Part shown: one piece after another, positions 45,261 to 57,879 of the stretch | Layout of the letters: every line of letters begins with the position of its first letter | Position numbering within the stretch: the stretch's first letter is position 1 | NCBI GenBank assembly: GCA_029953675.1 | Contig: JAMWBK010000004.1 | Location: forward strand, 62,001-126,000 | Reading direction: 5' to 3' | Length of the DNA stretch: 64,000 nucleotides | DNA from: Rhodosorus marinus CCMP1338 | Taxonomy: Eukaryota > Plantae > Rhodophyta | Made by a program: the position numbers and the translations under genes | The notes under the pieces: generated by a model | Told to the model about the DNA's origin: nothing | Database searches by the model: none | The model's input: only the letters and a program-made list of their open reading frames with translations

Positions 45261-48180
45261 AAAAGAAGGTGTTCTAGAGAATCGAAGGGGTTAAAGCAAC
45301 TCCGCCAACCAACAAACCGCAGAAGAGTATACTTATATCTATGGAATTGAGGTTCTGACCCGGGCAAAAAACACCTCGGTTTTGCTGCCTCAAGAGGTGC
45401 CTCAAGAGGTGATCACAATCCATCACCAATTACGTGATTCGGGGCTGGAGTTGAGGGCACAAACATGGTGGGCCGAATCTGCAAGAGTTGCAGGGATTGC
45501 GGAGAAAATCAACCAAGAATCCAGCAATACCAGGCTGATGCTGAGACAGGGTTTATCGGTGCCCATTTAAGATAGAATAGTGAAAGGACGTAAACCTCGG
45601 AAATGAAAATCACGCCGCCTTTGTAAACGCAATAGAGAAGCAGATGAGGACGCACTTCGACCATTATCATACGCTCCTCGGATGCTTGATCCCCGCTTGA
45701 GGGGAGTGGGCATGTCTCTGCGGGGTAAGTAACGTGTTTGCTTGGTCGCGGAGAACCTGTACGAAGAATTGTTTAGCGAGCAAGCAGCAAGTGAGAGTTC
45801 CTTGGGAGAGGATCTCCAGGATCAGATCAAACATTTTGATCTGAATATTGGGCCGTTTTCTTCTGAATCTTTCTCGTGGGACCACATAGCCTGTGCTCCG
45901 TTCAAGCTGTAATCCCTCCACGAAACTAAACACTCCAGGATCGTGAACTTGGGGCGTGCATTGACAGGATTCCGTCCTGATGCCTCAGATTGTGAGAGAG
46001 TGTGGCTTGCGATGTGGCTCTGTCATAGGAAGCTACGCAATTGAGGGTCGCGATGCTTCGGACGTTGGAGACCCTGAAAGGCGGCGTACGAACCTCAGCG
46101 GACGATAAACAGAAGCGAATCATAAGCAATCTACAGAAGCAAATGGCTGGACTTGGAAACGACTCTGACTGTAGCGGAGTCAAGCTTCAAAGTTCGGGTC
46201 GTTGGGAGCGGGCGGGATTTCGTTATGCGCGACGTAACCGTAAACTTTAAATTGCTAACGTCAGAAGGTAGAAGAACAATAAAGCTACGAATTCTGGGGA
46301 CAAGTAAAGCCACCACCACCAGTTATATCTTGCTTGTACCGGTTTGTCGTGCGGCCTTCTTACCTCTGAGAGTCTTTCGGGCTGTGAATGGTGGAAAATT
46401 GGTCAGATTTCCGTTAATTTTATCGTGGTGGTAGCGGTTTTATCATAGTGACAATGATCATTGTGAAACCACTCGATGCATCAGCACTGCGAACTGCTCC
46501 GCCGTCGCCGCTCAGGGCCCAATCAATTTATTTTGAGAAAAAAAGTTCACCTGTGGAAAATCAATGGAATGTGAGTATGCGATTAAATCAACGTTAGTCC
46601 AATAATCAATCATCTCCGGACCAGCCGTTGCAACACAGATTATTTCTTGGTATGAGAAGCTCTCTCTCACAGCATGATTACGTCTCTGCATGAGAAGTTG
46701 TCACTATCATATAATGAATCATGATTACTTCTGAAATGTCAGGCTGTCATGACATTTTTTGGGGGCGAAGGACTTGGAGTAGAACACTCGCAACAAATAC
46801 CGAAAGGTAAACGGTTATCAATCATCTATCAGACAAGCCTCTTCTTCTATTTCTATTGCGGTTCGATAAACTTGTATCGGACCTGAATCCGCAAGCAAAT
46901 ACCATTCACTACCAAATGCGGATCCGATAAACGTTTATCAGGCCCCTCGATAATTATTTACCGGACGCAATCGGACTTTTTTTTATCGGACGGATATGAC
47001 AACCCTGGGCAAGCGTTCAAGAATCTATCCTAATCATCATCCGGAACTACTGAGAGTTGATTTGGAAAAGAAACGGGCTAGGTACGCTTCCCTACCTAGT
47101 TCTTAGTTCCTTTTCACGGTTTGCGAGGCGTTTTAGGCCATGCCAATAAAGCCAGGTACTAAATTTCTGTCCGTCCAATGTGGACGTTCTTTTATCGGAC
47201 GGAGTTGATGTCCTTAATTGGGGGTACGAAACCCATAATCATCATCCGCAACTACTGAGAGTAGTTTGGAATAGAAAGGAATCTAGGAGTTTAGTATCTA
47301 AACTTCTCTAGGTCTAAGGTGCGGCCATGCATGAGTCTACACAAAACAATTGAATCGCGCTAGAACGTTAGAGCGTGTATGTGGAAGAGAGCTTCCGAAT
47401 GCCAATTGACATCAAAACTCTCTAATGAGTACTGACGGCTACAGTCAGGAGCGTCAAGCAGCGTGGAGGTGACATTTTCGAACCAATTCATCGACACCCC
47501 AATTCGTTTGTGTCATGCACACCGAAATGAACTTATTTGCTGCTTTCCAATTGTCACTCACTCCCCCTCAGAAACCCGATGGCTACTGTCAGCAGCGTCA
47601 GGCCGTGTGGAGGTCCTCAGGTCATGGTTTTTACTGGACTTTACTGGTTTTTACTAGCATAGCCTGAAGTGCTACACGCAAGGCGTGGACTGTAACTCAG
47701 AACTGGGGAGAGGAACATGCAAACCCAAGCGCCGATGGCGCGCCTCGGCAAGCATGCTGCTAGAATATCGCCAAAGGGCGACACTGAAACGGCGTAAGAG
47801 TTATGGCGGTGCTGTGTGTGAGACCGATGAGGAATTACTGGGATTTCCACGGCTGACATACGCTTAATTGTTTATGAAATTTGGGACACTACCTAGCTTC
47901 ACAAGGGAACCCCATAGTTGCGACCTCGTCAGAAAACCCGTTCCCAATGTCCACGGTCTTTGCGCGGAAACATGGTCTGCGTTATAAGTAGAGCGACGTA
48001 GGCTAGATGTTGGGATGAGTTGAACAAGAGATCCGTGCCAAGTCATACAAACCATACATTGCTAGAAGCGGGGATTGTGATGAGTGCTGAGAACTGATTT
48101 TGGAGAGAAGTGAAAGAGTTTGTAGACCCGTCACCGTCGGCAGAAGTTAATTAGATAAGTGTAGAAGGAGCGGATTGAAC

Positions 48181-48831
48181 ATGATGAAATTGAGTGCTTT
48201 CATTCTGGTCACCTTACTAGGGTTCACCATGGCGGTTCCATTGATGCAGAATGTTCATCTTGCCAAGGAAGTAAACGCAGATGTTGAGCTTGAGGCCGCA
48301 GCCCGGCAGATTGGAGTTGAAGAGGCCGCAGCCCGTCAAACTTTTCCTCCACCGCAGGAGGGGGAATATTTTGCCATTGAAGAGGCCGCAGCCCAGCAGA
48401 TTGGAGTTGAGGAGGCCGCAGCCCGGCAGATTGGAGTTGAGGAGGCCGCAGCCCGTCAAACTTTTCCTCCACCGCAGGAGGGGGAATATTTTGCCCTTGA
48501 AGAGGCCGCAGCCCAGCAGATTGGAGTTGAGGAGGCCGCAGCCCGTCAAACTTTTCCTCCAATTGGAGTTGAGGAGGCCGCAGCCCGTCAAACTTTTCCT
48601 CCAATTGGAGTTGAGGAGGCCGCAGCCCGTCAAACTTTTCCTCCAATTGGAGTTGAGGAGGCCGCAGCCCGTCAAACTTTTCCTCCAATTGGAGTTGAGG
48701 AGTCCGCAGCCCGTCAAACTTTTCCTCCAATTGGAGTTGAGGAGGCCGCAGCCCGTCAAACTTTTCCTCCAATTGGAGTTCAGGAGGCCGCAGCCCGTCA
48801 AATTGGAGTTGAGGAAGGATTTAGCATCTGA
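48181..48831 (+). CDS. Secreted tandem-repeat protein, putative polypeptide precursor, copy 1 (216 aa)
   Basis: MMKLSAFILVTLLGFTMA signal peptide; repeats QIGVEEAAAR, QTFPPIGVEEAAAR, QTFPPPQEGEYF(A)(I/L)EEAAAQ; unique end GFSI*. Confidence 0.8.
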   Translation: MMKLSAFILVTLLGFTMAVPLMQNVHLAKEVNADVELEAAARQIGVEEAAARQTFPPPQEGEYFAIEEAAAQQIGVEEAAARQIGVEEAAARQTFPPPQEGEYFALEEAAAQQIGVEEAAARQTFPPIGVEEAAARQTFPPIGVEEAAARQTFPPIGVEEAAARQTFPPIGVEESAARQTFPPIGVEEAAARQTFPPIGVQEAAARQIGVEEGFSI

Positions 48832-51800
48832 TCTGAAGGGGACGGAGCTGGCGTGGAGGTTGCGGAGGCCGGAGCCGCCGTTAAAGTTCCAGTATAATTC
48901 GTTTCAATTAAGTAGATAAGAGATCATATTTTCAACAATGTCAACTTAGAGTGAATCTGTTAACCGATTCTGCTCGCTAGTTCTAGTACGTCCCGCGAGG
49001 TTAAGCTGCTCGTATACGTAACCTGGAAAAAATTAAAATCGTATTCTTAGCTAATAATTTTTATGGGAGCAATGGACTGGAGTTGGTGACACGGTTGAAT
49101 TGGAAGAGGACCTGCCCCGATCAGCCTCGGCTAGCACCGCCCCGCACTCCTGGTCTCGGACATCGCCACTGGACGTGCAGTATATTGGATGTTACTAGCA
49201 CGTGCCCCGTCTTAAATACTTGCCCTCCATCTGCAGCCCTACGCTTGGGTGTATTAAGTTTGCTTCTCCGCCAACTGAAGGAACGACGGTATGTCGAGGG
49301 CAAGGCCAGTATTTCAGGAAGGGAGGTTCACTCGAGTTGAGGTTTGGTTTGTTGGCAGGGACGCGGGTTGTCATACTCCAGGGAAGGTGACACAGATGAG
49401 GTGAAAATGGAATATGGTGCCCAGCGAGCTGTTGAAAATTAGTGAAAAAAAGATTGTGTCAGTGGTCTTTTGAGAGCAATACCAGGCTGATGCTGAGACA
49501 GGGTTTATCGGTGCCCATTTAAGATAGAATAGTGAAAGGACGTAAACCTCGGAAATGAAAATCACGCCGCCTTTGTAAACGCAATAGAGAAGCAGATGAG
49601 GACGCACTTCGACCATTATCATACGCTCCTCGGATGCTTGATCCCCGCTTGAGGGGAGTGGGCATGTCTCTGCGGGGTAAGTAACGTGTTTGCTTGGTCG
49701 CGGAGAACCTGTACGAAGAATTGTTTAGCGAGCAAGCAGCAAGTGAGAGTTCCTTGGGAGAGGATCTCCAGGATCAGATCAAACATTTTGATCTGAATAT
49801 TGGGCCGTTTTCTTCTGAATCTTTCTCGTGGGACCACATAGCCTGTGCTCCGTTCAAGCTGTAATCCCTCCACGAAACTAAACACTCCAGGATCGTGAAC
49901 TTGGGGCGTGCATTGACAGGATTCCGTCCTGATGCCTCAGATTGTGAGAGAGTGTGGCTTGCGATGTGGCTCTGTCATAGGAAGCTACGCAATTGAGGGT
50001 CGCGATGCTTCGGACGTTGGAGACCCTGAAAGGCGGCGTACGAACCTCAGCGGACGATAAACAGAAGCGAATCATAAGCAATCTACAGAAGCAAATGGCT
50101 GGACTTGGAAACGACTCTGACTGTAGCGGAGTCAAGCTTCAAAGTTCGGGTCGTTGGGAGCGGGCGGGATTTCGTTATGCGCGACGTAACCGTAAACTTT
50201 AAATTGCTAACGTCAGAAGGTAGAAGAACAATAAAACTACGAATTCTGGGGACAAGTAAAGCCACCACCACCAGTTATATCTTGCTTGTACCGGTTTGTC
50301 GTGCGGCCTTCTTACCTCTGAGAGTCTTTCGGGCTGTGAATGGTGGAAAATTGGTCAGATTTCCGTTAATTTTATCGTGGTGGTAGCGGTTTTATCATAG
50401 TGACAATGATCATTGTGAAACCACTCGATGCATCAGCACTGCGAACTGCTCCGCCGTCGCCGCTCAGGGCCCAATCAATTTATTTTGAGAAAAAAAGTTC
50501 ACCTGTGGAAAATCAATGGAATGTGAGCATGCGATTAAATCAACGTTAGTCCAATAATCAATCATCTCCGGACCAGCCGTTGCAACACAGATTATTTCTT
50601 GGTATGAGAAGCTCTCTCTCACAGCATGATTACGTCTCTGCATGAGAAGTTGTCACTATCATATAATGAATCATGATTACTTCTGAAATGTCAGGCTGTC
50701 ATGACATTTTTTGGGGGCGAAGGACTTGGAGTAGAACACTCGCAACAAATACCGAAAGGTAAACGGTTATCAATCATCTATCAGACAAGCCTCTTCGTCT
50801 ATTTCTATTGCGGTTCGATAAACTTGTATCGGACCTGAATCCGCAAGCAAATACCATTCACTACCAAATGCGGATCCGATAAACGTTTATCAGGCCCCTC
50901 GATAATTATCTACCGGACGCAATCGGACTTTTTTTTATCGGACGGATATGACAACCCTGGGCAAGCGTTCAAGAATCTATCCTAATCATCATCCGGAACT
51001 ACTGAGAGTTGATTTGGAAAAGAAACGGGCTAGGTACGCTTCCCTACCTAGTTCTTAGTTCCTTTTCACGGTTTGCGAGGCGTTTTAGGCCATGCCAATA
51101 AAGCCAGGTACTAAATTTCTGTCCGTCCAATGTGGACGTTCTTTTATCGGACGGAGTTGATGTCCTTAATTGGGGGTACGAAACCCATAATCATCATCCG
51201 CAACTACTGAGAGTAGTTTGGAATAGAAAGGAATCTAGGAGTTTAGTATCTAAACTTCTCTAGGTCTAAGGTGCGGCCATGCATGAGTCTACACAAAACA
51301 ATTGAATCGCTCTAGAAAGTTAAAGCGTGTGGAAGAGAGCTTCCGAATGCCAATTGACATCAAAACTCTCTAATGAGTACTGACGGCTACAGTCAGGAGC
51401 GTCAAGCAGCGTGGAGGTGACATTTTCGAACCAATTCATCGACACCCCAATTCGTTTGTGTCATGCACACCGAAATGAACTTATTTGCTGCTTTCCAATT
51501 GTCACTCACTCCCCCTCAGAAACCCGATGGCTACGGTCAGCAGCGTCAGGCCGTGTGGAGGTCCTCAGGTCATGGTTTTTACTGGACTTTACTGATTTTT
51601 ACTAGCATAGCCTGAAGTGCTACACGCAAAGCGTGGACTGTAACTCAGAACTGGGGAGAGGAACATGCAAACCCAAGCGCCGATGGCGCGCCTCGGCAAG
51701 CATGCTGCTAGAATATCGCCAAAGGGCGACACTGAAACGGCGTAAGAGTTCCAAGTATTCCAAATGATGCTCAGCAACACATTTCCGCAACCACTCCAAA

Positions 51801-52432
51801 CCAGACTAATCCACGTCGCCAAAGGTTTCCACAACGAAAGGCTGAAACCTGTGAGAACGACCGCAGCACAAGGCAGACTGGCCATACTCTCAGCATACCA
51901 TCGTTCTTTCACTCGGCGAAGGGCTGAAGCCGCTGTTCCTCGGCGACGGGCGGCAGAGCTGAGATGAGCGCTTGTCACAGGGCACGTGATCGCGAGGTCC
52001 ACATATGCTGAGCGTCTGGCCGCAGTGTCCGGACGAGGAGATCTGCGATGCAGCGTGGCGGTGCTGTGTGTGAGACCGATGAGGAATTACTGGGATTTCC
52101 ACGGCTGACATACGCTTAATTGTTTATGAAATTTGGGACACTACCTAGCTTCACAAGGGAACCCCATAGTTGCGACCTCGTCAGAAAACCCGTTCCCAAT
52201 GTCCACGGTCTTTGCGCGGAAACATGGTCTGCGTTATAAGTAGAGCGACGTAGGCTAGATGTTGGGATGAGTTGAACAAGAGATCCGTGCCAAGTCGTAC
52301 AAACCATACATTGCTAGAAGCGGGGATTGTGATGAGTGCTGAGAACTGATTTTGGAGAGAAGTGAAAGAGTTTGTAGACCCGTCACCGTCGGCAGAAGTT
52401 AATTAGATAAGTGTAGAAGGAGCGGATTGAAC

Positions 52433-53608
52433 ATGATGAAATTGAGTGCTTTCATTCTGGTCACCTTACTAGGGTTCACCATGGCGGTTCCATTGATGCA
52501 GAATGTTCATCTTGCCAAGGAAGTAAACGCAGATGTTGAGCTTCCCGCACCCCGAGAAGCTGGGGTTGAGTTTGAGGAGCGCACAGTCCGCGTTGAGGTT
52601 GAGGAGCGCGTAGCCCGCCTTGGAGTTGAGGAGGCCGCAGCCCGTCAAATTGGAGTTGAGGAGGCCGCAGCCCGTCAAATTGGAGTTGAGGAGGCCTCAG
52701 CCCGGCAAATTGGAGTTGAGGAGGCCTCAGCCCGGCAAATTGGAGTTGAGGAGGCCGCAGCCCGGCAAATTGGAGTTGAGGAGGCCGCAGCCCGTCAAAT
52801 TGGAGTTGAGGAGGCCGCAGCCCGGCAAATTGGAGTTGAGGAGGCCTCATCCCGGCAAATTGGAGTTGAGGAGGCCTCAGGCCGGCAAATTGGAGTTGAG
52901 GAGGCCTCATCCCGGCAAATTGGAGTTGAGGAGGCCTCAGCCCGGCAAATTGGAGTTGAGGAGGCCGCAGCCCGGCAAATTGGAGTTGAGGAGGCCGCAG
53001 CCCGGCAGATTGGAGTTGAGGAGGCCTCAGCCCGGCAAATTGGAGTTGAGGAGGCCGCAGCCCGTCAAATTGCAGTTGAGGAGGCCGCAGCCCGTCAAAT
53101 TGGAGTTGAGGAGGCCTCATCCCGGCAAATTGGAGTTGAGGAGGCCGCAGCCCGGCAGATTGGAGTTGAGGAGGCCGCAGCCCGGCAGATTGGAGTTGAG
53201 GAGGCCGCAGCCCGGCAGATTGGAGTTGAGGAGGCCGCAGCCCGGCAGATTGGAGTTGAGGAGGCCGCAGCCCGTCAAATTGGAGTTGAGGAGGCCGCAG
53301 CCCGTCAAATTGGAGTTGAGGAGGCCGCAGCCCGTCAAATTGGAGTTCAAGAGGCCGCAGCCCGTCAAACTTTTCCTCCAATTGGAGTTGAGGAGGCCGC
53401 AGCCCGTCAAACTTTTCCTCCAATTGGAGTTCAGGAGGCCGCAGCCCGTCAAACTTTTCCTCCAATTGGAGTTGAGGAGGCCGCAGCCCGTCAAACTTTT
53501 CCTCCAATTGGAGTTCAGGAGGCCGCAGCCCGTCAAACTTTTCCTCCAATTGGAGTTCAGGAGGCCGCAGCCCGTCAAATTGGAGTTGAGGAAGGATTTA
53601 GCATCTGA
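52433..53608 (+). CDS. Secreted tandem-repeat protein, putative polypeptide precursor, copy 2 (391 aa)
   Basis: Same leader and terminus; ~25 30-bp QIGVEEA(A/S)(A/S/G)R units, then five 42-bp QTFPPIGV(E/Q)EAAAR units. Confidence 0.8.
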   Translation: MMKLSAFILVTLLGFTMAVPLMQNVHLAKEVNADVELPAPREAGVEFEERTVRVEVEERVARLGVEEAAARQIGVEEAAARQIGVEEASARQIGVEEASARQIGVEEAAARQIGVEEAAARQIGVEEAAARQIGVEEASSRQIGVEEASGRQIGVEEASSRQIGVEEASARQIGVEEAAARQIGVEEAAARQIGVEEASARQIGVEEAAARQIAVEEAAARQIGVEEASSRQIGVEEAAARQIGVEEAAARQIGVEEAAARQIGVEEAAARQIGVEEAAARQIGVEEAAARQIGVEEAAARQIGVQEAAARQTFPPIGVEEAAARQTFPPIGVQEAAARQTFPPIGVEEAAARQTFPPIGVQEAAARQTFPPIGVQEAAARQIGVEEGFSI

Positions 53609-54106
53609 TCTGAAGGGGACGGAGCTGGCGTGGAGGTTGCGGAGGCCGGAGCCGCCGTTAAAGTTCCAGTATAATTCGTTTCAATTAAGGAGATAAGAGA
53701 TCATATTTTCAACAATGTCAACTTAGAGTGAATCTGTTAACCGATTCTGCTCGCTAGTTCTAGTACGTCCCGCGAGGTTAAGCTGCTCGTATACGTAACC
53801 TGGAAAAAATTAAAATCGTATTCTTAGCTAATAATTTTTATGGGAGCAATGGACTGGAGTTGGTCACACGGTTGAATTGGAAGAGGACCTGCCCCGATCA
53901 GCCTCGGCTAGCACCGCCCCGCACTCCTGGTCTCGGACATCGCCGCTGGACGTGCAGTATATTGGATGTTACTAGCACGTGCCCCGTCTTAAATACTTGC
54001 CCTCCATCTGCAGCCCTACGCTTGGGTGTATTAAGTTTGCTTCTCCGCCAACTGAAGGAACGACGGTATGTCGAGGACAAGGCCAGTATTTCAGGAAGGG
54101 AGGTTC

Positions 54107-55640
54107 ACTCGAGTTGAGGTTTGGTTTGTTGGCAGGGACGCGGGTTGTCATACTCCAGGGAAGGTGACACAGATGAGGTGAAAATGGAATATGGTGCCCA
54201 GCGAGCTGTTGAAAATTAGTGAAAAAAAAGAAGATTGTGTCAGTGGTCTTTTGAGAGGGACGGGGAGGGGAACAGTCTCTCCTGGTGAACTGGTTACCAG
54301 GGTGCTGCATGCTGATAAACATCGCTTTGATGACATTAGTATAAAGTGATACGGAGGCGCTTTCGAAGACTAGTACGGATACTAAGTTTAGAAGCCCAGG
54401 AGACGATCGCCAGCCTCCTAAGACGATATCCCTGCAACATGTTGACACAGGTTGTTCTTTGTTGACTGCAGCTTGCCATGAATCACGAGGCGGCCGAGCA
54501 CTGGGTCGGGTTTCCATATGATCAGAAAGGGATACGATCTAGTTTCCAAAATAAAAGGACATCGCTTTCTCCTTTCTCCGGTGTGTATGCAATGCGTCGT
54601 TCGCATTGGTTCAGCCAAATCATCAAACGTTTGGGACAGCCGAACAGAATCCGAGGTTCGTAGAAACTTCTCAAACTTTCGATGACAAAAAATCTTCACC
54701 TGGAGATCCCTTGACGGTCCAAGCTCCCACCTTTCAACTGCACCTCACCAGCGCTCTTTCTTAGTACACTCAGAATAAGCAATCTTACCCAACCTGGGTC
54801 TTCAACAGTCTATCCTCCAGAATGCTTCCTGCCCGGCAGGTGCCCGGGCAGCCCTTTGACCGGTGAACAACATTTCTTGCTATCTCGTGCTTACAGGACG
54901 CCTTCGTATCTGCTTTAGTGGAGATTTTCTCCAATAACGTCACTCCAAAACCGGTACAACAGATTTAGACACTGCTGTAAGAAGCCATCCAACGCCATCT
55001 TAACTCTATTCTTAGAATCTCCCGATACACACAGCTACTTTCAACCTCAATAATCTGCGCGGTCCCCCTCGGTGCGTCATGAGTCCTCGTTGACGCCATG
55101 AGTATCTTGTCCCACGTTTGCAACCGAATTCAATGGAGGGGGATTTTCATTGTCTGTTTAGGAGCTAAGCAGGCTGTCGGGCAGTGTGAAAGTCCCAACT
55201 AGCTATTTAGTGGTTTCCAGAGCTATGATTGGTCTTCTAAAGATCATGCGGTTCGTCTGACAGGTGCCCTAGACTCTAGCCTTCTACAGCAGCGATACGA
55301 AACATTATATGAAGCCCAAATCGATGGTTGAGATCTGTTCCTTATGGCTGCAGGTATTTAAGAACCGATCAAGGAAGCATTGAAATCTGAAAGGAAGATG
55401 GATTACAAGTCTAACTGCAGTGAGGGAAGGGAAGGAAGGTATGAGAACCTGGATATGGCAATGAGCGTGTCATCAGCTGCGGGCTTGGGGGTAGTGAAGA
55501 GCAAAGGCTCAAAGTCGACGAAGAGAAGGCGTACAAAGAACCGGTCATGTTTAAACTGGCTTTGGATTGAGCACAATCCGTACAAGTGCTTATTATAATT
55601 TTATGAGTACGTATTTAGTGGTGGTGGTGGTGGTTTAACC
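54107..55640. repeat. Dispersed repeat D, copy 3 (left-truncated; its left part is also duplicated at 49335-49476)
   Basis: Collinear with 39970-41850; ends tttagtggtggtggtggtgg. Confidence 0.75.
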
Positions 55641-57190
55641 GGTTTTTAGTAGATGGTTTTACTAGCATATTCATACGCGGTAGGCAAGGCGTACGAGGTC
55701 ATTTACTTCCCTAGAAAGGATTCAAAAGAGTGCGACGAGGCCCCTGCGACTGCCCCAGCCTCCCACGACGAGTTCTCGCCGACACCGAGAGCTTTGGTGA
55801 GCTGAGATATTTTTTAGATGAGGAGCTGGGTCATCTTCCGCGCCCCAACCGTGATATCGTTCGTGCCCAAGTGGGCCTACCCCTACGTCTGGGCGGTCTA
55901 GGCCTCTGTAACTGAGCTGCTATCCAACCAGCGGCCGTGGTTGGGTCTTGAGGCGCCGCCCTCCCGATGTTGAGCGCGTTGGGTGAGTCTAGTTTCCGGA
56001 GTTCAGTCTTTCCAGTGATGATCTACACTATTGTATCCCTGAAAGTGCCCGTGGTTTGTTTCTCGAGCTCCAATCGGCGATTTCATCCTGTACCAGGCTC
56101 CCTGCCGACCGGCACCCCGCCTGGCTGGCTGGCGAGCCGTTTTCTCGCGAGCTCGCTCGCGGCCTCGCGACCCGAACAGTTGCCGGCCCCGTACCTGCCG
56201 CGCTTGATACTGTGGTTTCTGAGGAAACAGAGGTACCTCGTGATCCTCCTGATGATGGACCGGGCTCTGAGAGTCGAGTCTCCGCACGCACGGACGCGTG
56301 CAAAACACCCTTTCTTGGGACTTCGACCCGTGCTGCCTACGGCCGATTTCTCGCGCGGATGGTCTCTTCTTCCAGAGATCGGGCCCGCCCTCGTAGTCTT
56401 GGAAGGTGTATCAGCTCACACTGGCTCATGAGCGTCCCCGCTTTTCCGCCACTCCCACTGACAGATATTGAAGTGCGCACTTCTCTACGTTTGCACATCC
56501 GCTTGTATCAGCCGCCCTGGCCTTCCGAGATGGGTTCGCCTTGCCATCTATGCTCCCAGAACGAAAATACCGCGGATTTTGGAGCTGACCTGCCCGCCAG
56601 CTGGCCCGTTGTGAAAGCGTCCGGACCCGACCACATACGCGGATCTTGAACCTGTCATACCGCGAACTTCGACCTATCGTACGGCAAGCCGGTCTTAAAA
56701 TTGAACATGAAAATCCCCTTCCCGTCGCAGACTACCAGAATGATGAACGCAGCGTCCCTGATCTCATGGTCACCTGTGTCGCCGTACGACGTACGTTGAT
56801 CTTGCTGTTCCTAATCCTCACGCTAGTCGCTATTTGCCGGCTACGCGCCGTGGTTTTGCCGCTGCCAATATGAGACGTCGGAAAGAGTTGAAATATGCGG
56901 GGGCCTTGTCTTCCCCAGGCATTCGTGCTTCGGCTCTAGCTCATCGCCTGGTACCTCTGGTCATTGAGTATTGAGTGCTTTGGGTTTATGGGTTCCGTTG
57001 GTTCTCGTTGCCTTTGGGAATTGTTCCGCGAACGCCCTGACCGTCCGTCCTCGTTGTTTACCCGTTGAAGCTTCTTGCTGTGGCGTATGAACGCTGCTTT
57101 GACGTTGAAGGCGCGCGGTCTTCGCCGCGCTTAGTCTTATTTTTTCCGCTCGACGTTCTTGTTCTTTGAGCCTCCTACTAAATAAATTCA
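55640..57190 (+). mobile_element. Older decayed family A-like copy (thumb to 3' end), preceded by a B-like 3' end
   Basis: RAQVGLPLRLGGLGLCN, EVPRDPPDD, MSVPAFPPL, 3' end cttcgccgcgcttagtc; carries TCT TGG GAC at the codon that is TAG in copies 1 and 2. Confidence 0.8.
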
Positions 57191-57308
57191 TTCAACCAAC
57201 CAATCATCTGCGGTCTAGATATTGAATAATGGTAACTTCTCGGAGCAACAAACTGTGACTCACATATATTGAATTAGAATTACTTCTAGAATAGACAGAC
57301 TGTCACAT

Positions 57309-57482
57309 GCAATCTAGACGAACGAATGGTTTAATCGGAGGCTGAAAAAAAAAACCCCGAGGGGAAAAAAAGACTAAGCGCGGCGAAGTACTCGCGCCTC
57401 CAACATCAAAGCGGCATTCATGCGCCACAGCAGGAAACTTAAACGGGTAAACAACGATTGAAGACGGTCAGGGCAATCTAGA
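57309..57482 (-). mobile_element. Family A 3' fragment (154 bp) with 10-bp TSD
   Basis: GCAATCTAGA at 57309-57318 and 57473-57482. Confidence 0.92.
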
Positions 57483-57642
57483 GGGTTTTCAAAGAGAAAG
57501 GGGAAATGCTTAGCTTATACGTTGGCTCCTCTTGGTACGCCGTGTGGCTCGGCAAATTCGTCCCGGAGCGCCCCAACTGGCTATCCTCGTTGTCAACCCG
57601 TTCCGTATTCCTGCTGTGGCGTGCGTGAACGGCTGCTGCTTT

Positions 57643-57879
57643 GATGTTGGATCATTGAGTGCTTTGGGTTCATGGACTCTGTTGGTTCTCGCTGGCTTCG
57701 GGAGTTGTTCCGCGAACGCCCTGACCGTCTTCAATCGTTGTTTACCCGCTCTAGTTTCCTGCTGTGGCGCATGAATGCCGCTTTGATGTTGGAGGCGCGA
57801 GTACTTCGCCGCGCTTAGTCTTTTTTTCCCCTCGAGGTTTTTTTTTTCAGCCTCCGATTAAACCATTCGTTCGATGTTG
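57643..57879 (+). mobile_element. Family A 3' fragment (~223 bp) inserted in an older A-like 3' end, 7-bp TSD
   Basis: GATGTTG at 57643-57649 and 57873-57879. Confidence 0.85.

Larger units (their letters stand above)
45525..54257 (+). repeat. Tandem segmental duplication: unit 1 45525-49476, unit 2 49477-54257
   Basis: Long near-identical blocks (e.g. ORF pairs 45667/49619, 46153/50105); 2-bp AG microhomology at the junction; units differ by a ~300-bp B-like segment and in the repeat gene. Confidence 0.92.

Noticed and set aside
47630-47660. AGTAAA(A/G)(A/T)CC tail units as telomeric repeats
   Set aside because: Only loosely telomere-like, always attached to B 3' ends, and no telomeric array is in the window.
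52469-53696. Long alternate-frame ORFs (LELRRPQPVK, DGLRPPQLQF, TGCGLLNSN)
   Set aside because: Expected from a stop-poor repeat; only the IGVEEAAARQ frame joins an ATG signal peptide to a shared stop in both copies.
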